A stretch of 64,000 nucleotides of DNA from Fidelibacterota bacterium (GTDB lineage Bacteria; Fidelibacterota; UBA8477; JABMPR01): the NCBI GenBank assembly GCA_016844955.1, contig JAERTH010000083.1:15712-79711 (forward strand), given 5' to 3'. This document shows, one piece after another, positions 36,530 through 44,943 of this stretch. The stretch's first letter is position 1; every line of letters starts with the position of its first letter. The position numbers and the translations under genes were made by a program. A model generated the notes under the pieces. The model was not told the origin of the DNA and searched no databases. It worked only from the letters and a program-made list of their open reading frames with translations.

Positions 36530-39500
36530 ATGACGGATAAAATGAGATTAAAGAGCAAGGTTCTGCCTGGAGTGTTTACTACGATGATGTTTCTCGTGGT
36601 AGCATTAACCTGGGCACAGACCAGCTCTTCTGAATATCAGATTACTCAACACAGTGATGTCCATGGGGGACAGGCCGTGTTGACCAACACAATTAATAAT
36701 CCCGCAGGACCAGCCAGCATGACCATAACTGCTGGACAGGTTGTGGTCGGGAAAGCGGAGGCTCCCCACTTTTCAACAGATCTGGGATTGTGGAGTTTTT
36801 ACATCAAAGAACCTGATGCACCACTCGTGAATGCATCTGATGGAGAAAGTGAGCATCCCGCATACATCACCATATCGGCAGTTCAGGACGTTCTGAGTCC
36901 ACCTGCCACCGGTGAAATATCGGATGCCTCGGATTTTCCAGCTGGAAATTGGGTCCTGACCAGGGATGGTGTCTGGAAAGCCAACATCCCCGTTGAAGAC
37001 CCTGCGTTTAATGATGACCAGAGTATTTACCCCGGTCAGCTCTATAACTATGGAGTGACTGTGAGTAATAAATTTGGTGCCAGCCTGGAAGGCTTTGATG
37101 CTGGATTTACCCTGCCCAATGGTAAAATTGCCGGGCGGGTATTTACTCCAGGTCCAACTCCAGGGGCTCCCTGGAATCCAGCCGGAAATCCGGTGGCTGA
37201 TGTAGAAGTATCCCTGTCACCCATACGTGGAAAATCTGCCCGCCTGGATGGGGAGAATGATTTCATTGGGATAGATGGTGACTACGAGGTAGAAATCGAC
37301 CAATCCTATTCAGTAGAATTATGGATCAACATTGATGCAACTCCTCAGTTGAGCACAATCGCTGATTGGGGTGAGAGACTCCAGGTTTACCATGATAACA
37401 CAGACCTAACTGCAAATGTTGGAGGTGTTGAAGTAAGCGTTGCGTTACCATCACAACAGAATTGGCATCATCTGGCTTGCGTTCTGGATACCAACGAGAT
37501 CATCCTGTATCTGGATGGTGATTCGGTAAAATCAGCCGCTGTAGCTCTCATGCCTGAAAGCGCAGATCTCCGGTTTGGTAAGAACCGAACCCTGGGACAG
37601 TTTTTTGATGGCTGGCTGGATGATATCCGTGTCTGGAAAACTGCCCGCAGCAAAGATGAAATTTCTAAAAATAAGGATCGAGCGCTCTTTGGTGATGAGG
37701 CCGGACTCATTGGGTATTGGAAATTTGATGAAGGGGTGAATGATATCTCTTATGATGCAACAGCTCCCAGAGAGTTGGCATCGCTGGAAGGGGCCGTATG
37801 GAGCTCGGAGATACCTGCTGTACGCCTATCGGCGTTCACGGATGTTCATGGCTTTTACGAAATCAGAAATGTCTGGTATGATGCCTCTGATGACAATGGC
37901 ACGACCTACACGGTTACACCTTTCAAGAAAAATCACGATTTTTTCTCACCGAACAACTCAGAAGCAACCATCAGTCGCAACAGTCCTGAAGCGCCGGAAG
38001 TTAAATTTATCGATGAATCTTTATTCACGGTAAGTGGATACCTGGTTTATGATGGAACCAATTGTCCGGTTGTGCATGCCGAGATTCTGGCCGATTCAAT
38101 GAGTACTCGCCCAGAGACTTTCACCGATGCATATGGTAAGTTCACGCTTGATTTTGAGCCCAATGATGGTGCTGCATTAACCGTCCGATTTGGTGGCAAT
38201 TTTGTCTACGATACCACGACTTATGAGGGTTCTGATGATATCGATATAGACACATCCTATGTGGGAGCTCATACCTTCCACCTAGACGGTGTTGAGCAAA
38301 GCTATATTGTTGAAAACATCGAGGCAGATATTGCTGATGCCGATTTCATGGATGTTCATACGAAGTCCATCTTTTTGAATATTGGTGGTGGAACTTGCAT
38401 GTTTCCCATTGGTGATGCTTCAGTGGACCTCAGGGTAGCAGGGCAGGGAGAAGGGTTTTGTTATGAGGTAGATGACATCTCAGTAATTACGGGTGATGGA
38501 TACCAGGAGATCGATGGCTTACCACCCCTGTCCTACGAAATGATTGTGACACATACCAATCCGGATATTGAATTTGATCCAATGCAGTTGAGTCTTTACG
38601 ATTCAAGTCGGCATGTGGAATACATGTATAATTCAGACCTGCAGTTGACGTTTTCAGACTTCCCCTGGGGCGAAGACTGCGCTGTGATAGCTCAGCATGT
38701 AGCAGACAGTTTGAAAGCAACTGTATATGAGGAGTACGGTGGCTATGATGGTATTGATGCCAATCGATGTCCCATAAAAATCTTCGATGTTGAAATATTG
38801 GATGATTGGAGTGGAATTTATACCGAACGCGAACCTTTTGGATCAGATAATGGTGAGTTCTGGTACCATTTTCAGGCCGGAAATCCTAATATTCTGGGTG
38901 GGGGAGAACATCCCTATCAAAAACGCCTGCAAATTGTCGTCATCGATGAACTTGGACGCTATGCCTCGGATGATGTCTGGGCCATAATCGAAGGTCGCAC
39001 CGCTACTGACGGTACCGACTTCGCGTCCATGCCTGCCAGAACCTCTGAACTTCCTTTATTTGTCCTGCGTGACCCACCGGGAGATGAGAGTTACTCGTTC
39101 CTCTCAGAGGACCAAACTATCTGTAGAACCATTGGTCTGGAGATCGAGGATGAAGAGGCTGATGATAATTACACCACTGTGAGTCTGGGAGCGGATTTTG
39201 GCCTGGAGACTGGTGTTTCGTCGCCCTTTGGGAGTCTGTTGTGGTCCAGTGAGTTGGATGCCACGCTGGATTTCAATCCCACATGGGGTGGATACCAGAC
39301 AGATCTGTCACTGGAAGAAACAGAGGTGTGTATCACAACCTCAGAAATTTTTTCCACTGACGATGGAGGTCTGATTGTAGGGGGGGAGGGTGATGTGTAT
39401 GTCGGCGCGACGCTCAACCTGACTTATAGTCGTATTATGGATTTATATGTTGAGGACTGTGAAGTGGTGATTGACACCAGTCATGGGATCAATGACATGG

Positions 39501-42500
39501 ATGGATTTCATTCCTTCTATGTATATTCCGATTATCACATTCGCTACACGCTGATTCCTGACCTTATTGAACTCAGGAACCATGCTGAGCCAGAGGACTC
39601 CACACGCTTTGACCAGTCTATTACGTACTGGACAACCCTGCTTGAAACCAATGAGGCTGCCAAGGCCAGTGCAGTCCCCACCAATGCTGAATCCAATTCG
39701 GGTGAAGCACTGACCAACATCTCCTTTGATGCGTTGGCCAATTATGAGTATTCAACCACCACAGACAGTGCTGTTACCAATCAGACTGCAGTTACCATAT
39801 CTACCTATGATGCATTTGGAATGGATATTGGAGTCACCTGGAGTGGGATCGGCGTAGTCGGTGGATTCAATGATACCGATACAGAAACCGAAACCAATGA
39901 TACAACGGATGTGGCGAGTTATAGTCGGACTGTTGGCTTTTTCCTCAGTGATGATGATCCAGGTGATGCCTTTACTGTGGATGTCAAACGTGATACAGTC
40001 TGGGGAATGCCCGTGTTTGATCTGGTGGCCGGTCAAACCTCCAACCCGTGGGAAGCTGGCACCTTCAAACGCCAATGGTGCTCCATCGATGTGGATCCCG
40101 CATCTTCATTGGATAATGAACCGGATGAGGATGCCATACTAAACCTGACCCTGGGTAATTTGAGTGAAACTGGCGAGACGTGGACCTATGCTCTTGCAGC
40201 CTGGAACGAAACCAATCCAGACGGAGCCATCATACGTGTTAACGGGACGCCCATCACTGGAACCGATCTTATTTTCGAGATCGAAGCCGGAACCAGCTCC
40301 ATGGCAACCCTGGTCATCGAACGTGGGCCGGAGGCCTACCATTACGAGGGGTTGACGCTTGAATTTGCACCGCCTGGTGAGGTGGAGATTGCCGATGCCC
40401 TGGGTCGTGATCCTCAGAATTCGGCCACCACTGAATTCGATGTCCATTTTATTGCTCCTTGTTCAGAAGTATCGCTCACAACCCCTGAAGCAGATGGCTG
40501 GGTCATCAATCAAGCCAATGCTGATTCAGCTGGATCAGATAGCCTGCAGATTGTGTTTGCAGGTTATGACCGCACTGATACCGAGCTGGAGGATATTGTC
40601 CTTGAATATTCACGTCTAAATGAAGAGACCTGGTTCAATGGGATCGTGTTGGAGGGGATTGATACGCTGGAACAGGATTTTTGGACCATGTACTGGAATA
40701 CTACTGGAGTGTCTGAAGGCACCTATATGATTCGCGCACATGCGGGTTGCCGATTACGAGATAGCTTTTCCGAAACACGCATCGGTATCATTGATCGAAC
40801 CTCGCCCCAGATTCTGGGGGTACCTGCTCCTGTTGACCATGTTCTGAATGGAAATGATCAGATCATTCTGGCCATGACTGAATCAATTGATTGTGAACAG
40901 GTTTATCCCAATACAGGTGAACTGTTTTTCGCCCATACGGGTGAGGCTATCGCTGCTGAGGTTACTTGTAATGACAATGAGATTATCATTACACCAGCAG
41001 CATCCGTCTCCAACAGGGAGATCGAGAATCAGTTGCTCAGAGCCCAGGTGCAGTTTGTAAGGGATATGGTTGGTAATCCATTGTGGGATGTCACAGGAGA
41101 GGTCCTGGATACAGTAGCCTGGGAGTTTACAGTCGATCGCAATCCATTGCATTGGAATGTACCTGCCCACGATCAGATCGCCTATCTGGGTGAGGAAACC
41201 ATCATTCCCATCACGTTGAATAATAATGGCGCTGATGCAGCTTACTTCGAATTTGGAAATCTATTCCCATTGCCGGAGTGGGTGGTTGCTGAACCAGCTT
41301 ATGGTGAGGTGAATTCAGGTGGCAGTATGACAGTCTATCTCACCCTGGATCCTTATTTGAATCTCGGGGAGTATGATGCCCGCATCTTTGCGGAAACCCC
41401 TCTGGGGGATGAACCTCTGGATTTGACGGTTCATGCCATTTGTCGGCCACCAGAGTGGACCGTTGATGCAAGTCAGTTTCAGCATAACATGACCATCACC
41501 AGCCAACTCAGCATTCAAGGTGACGCCTCAATCGATGTTTATGATCGTGTGGGTGCCTTTGTTGATGGTGAGTGTCGGGGAGTGGCAGATGTTGAACACC
41601 TGGAGTCCACTGATTCAGTTGGTGTGGATTCCCTGGGTAACGCCATCTACGAAACCACGCATTTCTACCGCACATTTCTCACTGCATATAGCCCGGAGCC
41701 AGTAGGCGAAACGTTGGAGTTCCGCATCTGGGATGCTTCGGACTGTGAAGAATTGTGGGAAATCCAGCAACCCATTCCCTTCATGGCCAATACCATACAG
41801 GGTAGCCTGGATGATCCCTTCGTGTTGAATGCATCGGGGGCCATCGCCCAGCATATCGATCTATCGCAGGGGTGGACCTGGTTCAGTTTCAATCTCCAAT
41901 ATGGAGAGATGAACTTCAATGATGTCTTTGAGTTGTTAGGAGCATCAACCGGTGATCGCATTATCGCTGCTGATACATCGGCCTATGCCCAGTACTCTGA
42001 GAGCACTGGATGGGTTGGTCCACTCACCAGTCTGCCTGTCACCAATGTGGATATGTATCAGGCCGACATGCTGGAAGCAGCCAGCTTCCCCTTTGTGGGT
42101 TTTGTCATTGATCCGGATATCACCTCTATTGAGATGGAATCAGGTTGGAATCGCATCAGCTACACCCCCCAGGTGAATATGGAAACAGTTGAAGCCCTGT
42201 CAGGGATAACTCCATCCCCCGAGGACCAGATCAAGAGCCAGTACGGCTTCGCACAGTATGATGCCACCTATGGCTGGTATGGATCATTGGACTATCTGGA
42301 ACCAGGTGTGGGTTACATGATGCATCTGGCCCAGGCCGATACGCTGATCTATCCATCTGGAGTTGGCAGGTCCTCAGATCCTCTTTATGAAGAGGATCTA
42401 CCTGAGCAAGAACTGCGAGTTGATTGTCCCTGGACTGTCGATGAGAATCACTACCTGGACAATATGACTATCACAGCTCTATTGGAAAGTGATACACTGG

Positions 42501-43066
42501 GTCTTAATAATCCAGACGATGCCGTCGCTGCTTTTGTGGGTGATGCGTGTCGCGGTGTAGCCCGACCAGTCTATGTCCCGGAAATTGAATCTTATCGCAT
42601 TTATATCATGATTTATGGTGATCAGAGTGAGCAGATCAATTTCAGAATTTGGCAGGCGGAGGGTGATCTTACCTATCAGAGTGGAACTAGCTTTGACTTT
42701 CAGGCAGATCAACGCCTGGGTGGTCTGGTTGACCCCATCATGATTACAAGAACTCCACTGGGGATAGGGGACAAGGGCTATATACCAGAAGTCTTCAGTC
42801 TCAGCCAGAACTATCCAAACCCATTCAATCCGGTTACAACCATGGGATTTGGATTGCCTGAGGACGGTCACGTGAGTATTCGCATCTATAATATCCGTGG
42901 TCAGCAGATACGGACTTTGCTGGATGAAGACCTCACAGCCGGCTATCGTTTTGTCATCTGGAACAGTCAGAATGATGTTGGACACAAGGTGCCATCAGGT
43001 ATTTACCTCACTGTTATGGAGAGTGGTTCTTTCCGTGAGGTAAAAAAGATGGTGATGCTGAAATAG
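36530..43066 (+). CDS. Giant (2178 aa) multidomain LamG-containing T9SS cargo protein, paralogue 1
   Basis: Signal peptide. FN3-like 'PDAPLVNASDGE...YNYGVTVSN'. CarboxypepD_reg-like 'NGKIAGRVFTP'. LamG/ConA-like '...NWHHLACV...LYLDGD...FDGWLDDIRVWKTARS...GYWKFDEG'. Unassigned core beginning 'LPLFVLRDPPGDESYSF'. Big_5/SbsA-like 'IIDRTSPQILGVPAPVD'. Two 'WTVD...CRGVA...FRIW' modules. CTD 'QNYPNPFNPVTT...GIYLTVMESGSFREVKKMVMLK'. Confidence 0.85.
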   Translation: MTDKMRLKSKVLPGVFTTMMFLVVALTWAQTSSSEYQITQHSDVHGGQAVLTNTINNPAGPASMTITAGQVVVGKAEAPHFSTDLGLWSFYIKEPDAPLVNASDGESEHPAYITISAVQDVLSPPATGEISDASDFPAGNWVLTRDGVWKANIPVEDPAFNDDQSIYPGQLYNYGVTVSNKFGASLEGFDAGFTLPNGKIAGRVFTPGPTPGAPWNPAGNPVADVEVSLSPIRGKSARLDGENDFIGIDGDYEVEIDQSYSVELWINIDATPQLSTIADWGERLQVYHDNTDLTANVGGVEVSVALPSQQNWHHLACVLDTNEIILYLDGDSVKSAAVALMPESADLRFGKNRTLGQFFDGWLDDIRVWKTARSKDEISKNKDRALFGDEAGLIGYWKFDEGVNDISYDATAPRELASLEGAVWSSEIPAVRLSAFTDVHGFYEIRNVWYDASDDNGTTYTVTPFKKNHDFFSPNNSEATISRNSPEAPEVKFIDESLFTVSGYLVYDGTNCPVVHAEILADSMSTRPETFTDAYGKFTLDFEPNDGAALTVRFGGNFVYDTTTYEGSDDIDIDTSYVGAHTFHLDGVEQSYIVENIEADIADADFMDVHTKSIFLNIGGGTCMFPIGDASVDLRVAGQGEGFCYEVDDISVITGDGYQEIDGLPPLSYEMIVTHTNPDIEFDPMQLSLYDSSRHVEYMYNSDLQLTFSDFPWGEDCAVIAQHVADSLKATVYEEYGGYDGIDANRCPIKIFDVEILDDWSGIYTEREPFGSDNGEFWYHFQAGNPNILGGGEHPYQKRLQIVVIDELGRYASDDVWAIIEGRTATDGTDFASMPARTSELPLFVLRDPPGDESYSFLSEDQTICRTIGLEIEDEEADDNYTTVSLGADFGLETGVSSPFGSLLWSSELDATLDFNPTWGGYQTDLSLEETEVCITTSEIFSTDDGGLIVGGEGDVYVGATLNLTYSRIMDLYVEDCEVVIDTSHGINDMDGFHSFYVYSDYHIRYTLIPDLIELRNHAEPEDSTRFDQSITYWTTLLETNEAAKASAVPTNAESNSGEALTNISFDALANYEYSTTTDSAVTNQTAVTISTYDAFGMDIGVTWSGIGVVGGFNDTDTETETNDTTDVASYSRTVGFFLSDDDPGDAFTVDVKRDTVWGMPVFDLVAGQTSNPWEAGTFKRQWCSIDVDPASSLDNEPDEDAILNLTLGNLSETGETWTYALAAWNETNPDGAIIRVNGTPITGTDLIFEIEAGTSSMATLVIERGPEAYHYEGLTLEFAPPGEVEIADALGRDPQNSATTEFDVHFIAPCSEVSLTTPEADGWVINQANADSAGSDSLQIVFAGYDRTDTELEDIVLEYSRLNEETWFNGIVLEGIDTLEQDFWTMYWNTTGVSEGTYMIRAHAGCRLRDSFSETRIGIIDRTSPQILGVPAPVDHVLNGNDQIILAMTESIDCEQVYPNTGELFFAHTGEAIAAEVTCNDNEIIITPAASVSNREIENQLLRAQVQFVRDMVGNPLWDVTGEVLDTVAWEFTVDRNPLHWNVPAHDQIAYLGEETIIPITLNNNGADAAYFEFGNLFPLPEWVVAEPAYGEVNSGGSMTVYLTLDPYLNLGEYDARIFAETPLGDEPLDLTVHAICRPPEWTVDASQFQHNMTITSQLSIQGDASIDVYDRVGAFVDGECRGVADVEHLESTDSVGVDSLGNAIYETTHFYRTFLTAYSPEPVGETLEFRIWDASDCEELWEIQQPIPFMANTIQGSLDDPFVLNASGAIAQHIDLSQGWTWFSFNLQYGEMNFNDVFELLGASTGDRIIAADTSAYAQYSESTGWVGPLTSLPVTNVDMYQADMLEAASFPFVGFVIDPDITSIEMESGWNRISYTPQVNMETVEALSGITPSPEDQIKSQYGFAQYDATYGWYGSLDYLEPGVGYMMHLAQADTLIYPSGVGRSSDPLYEEDLPEQELRVDCPWTVDENHYLDNMTITALLESDTLGLNNPDDAVAAFVGDACRGVARPVYVPEIESYRIYIMIYGDQSEQINFRIWQAEGDLTYQSGTSFDFQADQRLGGLVDPIMITRTPLGIGDKGYIPEVFSLSQNYPNPFNPVTTMGFGLPEDGHVSIRIYNIRGQQIRTLLDEDLTAGYRFVIWNSQNDVGHKVPSGIYLTVMESGSFREVKKMVMLK

Positions 43067-43103
43067 TGTATGGGTAATCCATACAGTTGACATAATGGTA
43101 CTT

Positions 43104-43130
43104 CAGGGGTCGAATAACTTTCGGCCCCTG
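43104..43130 (+). terminator. Hairpin after giant gene 1 (terminator-like, no T-run)
   Basis: CAGGGGTCGA-ataactt-TCGGCCCCTG (10-bp stem, 1 G-U pair). The core GGGGTCGA...TCGGCCCC is shared with the hairpin after giant gene 2. Confidence 0.4.
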
Positions 43131-43328
43131 GGTATCAGTCCAAAACCCCAGGTGTGTTATGCTTCAAAAGGCTCAGCAAGACAGGCGTGAGTACGTCGAC
43201 ATACTCAGTTTATCAGGGCAGAATGGCACACCATAAATGGGATTGTTGAGGGAGAAAGAACGGGCTTGCCTCGGGGAAGTCGAAATGTATCTTGCCCCTG
43301 ACTTACAAAATATAAAAATGGAATTACG

Positions 43329-44648
43329 ATGAAAACATCACTCAAAATACTGTTTCTCACCCTACTTATCTCTACAGTCTGGGCACAGTACCCGGCGCAA
43401 TGGACAGTGGATGCCCACGCCTTCGAGCACACCATGACATTAACCGGTGAACTGTTTATAAATGATGAACTTCAACTGGAAGCGACCAACGCTGTCGCCG
43501 CCTTTCACAATGATGAATGTCGCGGAGTCGTGGAAGGAACCACGGTTGGTGATGAGGTAATTTTTTTCCTACTCATTTATGGAAACACAGTAGGTGACAG
43601 CCTCGAATTTCGGGCCTGGGATGCCACCATAGGCAACGTGGTGCTCCTGGATGAAGAAATGTTATTTTCCAGTGGAGCAGCCCTGGGTGAAGTTGACGCT
43701 CCCTACCAACTCTCCGGGACCAACAGTCTGAGCTACATTGAAGCTTTTGCCGATGTATTTGAACAAGCCGAAGATACTGATGAGAGTGTACCCTTTGATA
43801 TCCTGGGGAATGATGTTTATGACCGCAGTCTGGCCATGGTCGTGACCTTCCCCATAGAGCCCCAACATGGGATGTTGTTTGAAAATGTTGATCAAACTTT
43901 CACATTTGTATCAGATCTGAACTTTTTCGGTCAGGATTCCTTTCAATACCGGGTTGCTCATGAATACGGTGCTGATTCAGCCTGGGTGCAAGTGAATATT
44001 ACCCCCATAGATGATCCTTTGGGAGCATTCCATCTCCAAAGCCCTCATGACAATAGTATGTTTGAACATGGTGGTAGCAGTTTTCAGGAATTCACCTGGG
44101 AAATCCCCGAGGAACTTGATGGCGACCCTATAAGCTATTCGCTGAATGTTTATGATGGAGTGACTTTAGACTCATCCTACAGTACAGATGCAAATACTTT
44201 TACAGTCAACCTTGAAGACCACAACCGTGACACCTGGCTGGACTGGCATGTCGTTGCTTATGATGGCTGGGGGTGGACCGTGTCTGCCGATACGTTCTCA
44301 ATCCAGATTTCAAGTCTGCTAAATACGGATCCAATTTCATACCTACCCGAGCGTTTTTCTTTGGGTCAGAATTATCCCAACCCATTTAATCCTGCGACAA
44401 AGATCTCCTACGAACTACCAGAAGCTGCGATCATTATACTGCAGGTATTTGATATTCATGGGAAATGTATGGCGAATGAGATGCTTGGGACTAAAGCTCA
44501 GGGAAGTCATCTGCATACTTTCGATCTAAGCAATCCGGAGTATTCAAATCTACGATCCGGGATTTATCTGTATCGCTTATCCGCGCTAACTTTGAATAGT
44601 AATACTCAACTATTCAAAGCCACCAGGCGGATGTTAATCCTTAAGTAG
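43329..44648 (+). CDS. Secreted protein: 'WTVD-CRG' module + cadherin-like Ig domain + FN3-like domain + T9SS CTD
   Basis: 439-aa ORF with a signal peptide. N-terminal 'QYPAQWTVDAHAFEHTMTLTG...AVAAFHNDECRGVVEG...LEFRAWDA' is homologous to the module repeated in the giants. 'DESVPFDILGNDVYD...GQDSFQYRV...VNITPIDDP' (bacterial cadherin-like). CTD 'QNYPNPFNPATKISYEL...GIYLYRLSA...RRMLILK'. Confidence 0.8.
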   Translation: MKTSLKILFLTLLISTVWAQYPAQWTVDAHAFEHTMTLTGELFINDELQLEATNAVAAFHNDECRGVVEGTTVGDEVIFFLLIYGNTVGDSLEFRAWDATIGNVVLLDEEMLFSSGAALGEVDAPYQLSGTNSLSYIEAFADVFEQAEDTDESVPFDILGNDVYDRSLAMVVTFPIEPQHGMLFENVDQTFTFVSDLNFFGQDSFQYRVAHEYGADSAWVQVNITPIDDPLGAFHLQSPHDNSMFEHGGSSFQEFTWEIPEELDGDPISYSLNVYDGVTLDSSYSTDANTFTVNLEDHNRDTWLDWHVVAYDGWGWTVSADTFSIQISSLLNTDPISYLPERFSLGQNYPNPFNPATKISYELPEAAIIILQVFDIHGKCMANEMLGTKAQGSHLHTFDLSNPEYSNLRSGIYLYRLSALTLNSNTQLFKATRRMLILK

Positions 44649-44685
44649 TTTCCTGGAAAACTCCAGATAGTTGGATAAAAACAAC

Positions 44686-44718
44686 CAGGGGCCAACATAA
44701 CAGCCCCTGTTTGTATTT
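44686..44718 (+). terminator. Rho-independent terminator
   Basis: CAGGGGC-caacataaca-GCCCCTG followed by TTTGTATTT. Confidence 0.6.
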
Positions 44719-44882
44719 AAAAGCCCTCACCCTAAACCAGTGTCTGAGCTCGTCCGCAATTTAAAGCTGGGTAATCTCCAAATCCCACAGGTCTTCAATT
44801 GGGGATTAAAGTTACCAACTCTGGTATGAGGCTAGCCAAAATCCTTAAACCAGCTCATGAGCTTTTCATTGTCTATAACCTG

Positions 44883-44919
44883 GCCAAAAAACAAAGAACC
44901 CTGCACCTGGCAGGGTTCT
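44883..44919 (-). terminator. Rho-independent terminator of the BNR-propeller gene
   Basis: Perfect 10-bp stem AGAACCCTGC/GCAGGGTTCT (44895-44919) with a 5-nt loop. On the minus strand it is followed by TTGTTTTTTGG. Confidence 0.7.
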
Positions 44920-44943
44920 TAATTACAGCCTTTTGAGAAGTAA

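Noticed and set aside
42479-42985. 168-aa minus-strand ORF inside giant gene 1. Similar long antisense ORFs occur at 10871-11341, 25921-26349, 39752-40075, 60378-60758 and 63531-63995.
   Set aside because: All lie entirely within strongly supported + strand genes that have recognisable domains. They have no RBS, signal or recognisable motifs, and their composition is typical of shadow ORFs opposite long coding frames.
43189-43206. Imperfect 18-bp palindrome GAGTACGTCGACATACTC between giant 1 and the 439-aa gene.
   Set aside because: Two mismatches, a single occurrence and no associated regulator. Noted only as a possible operator, with insufficient support.
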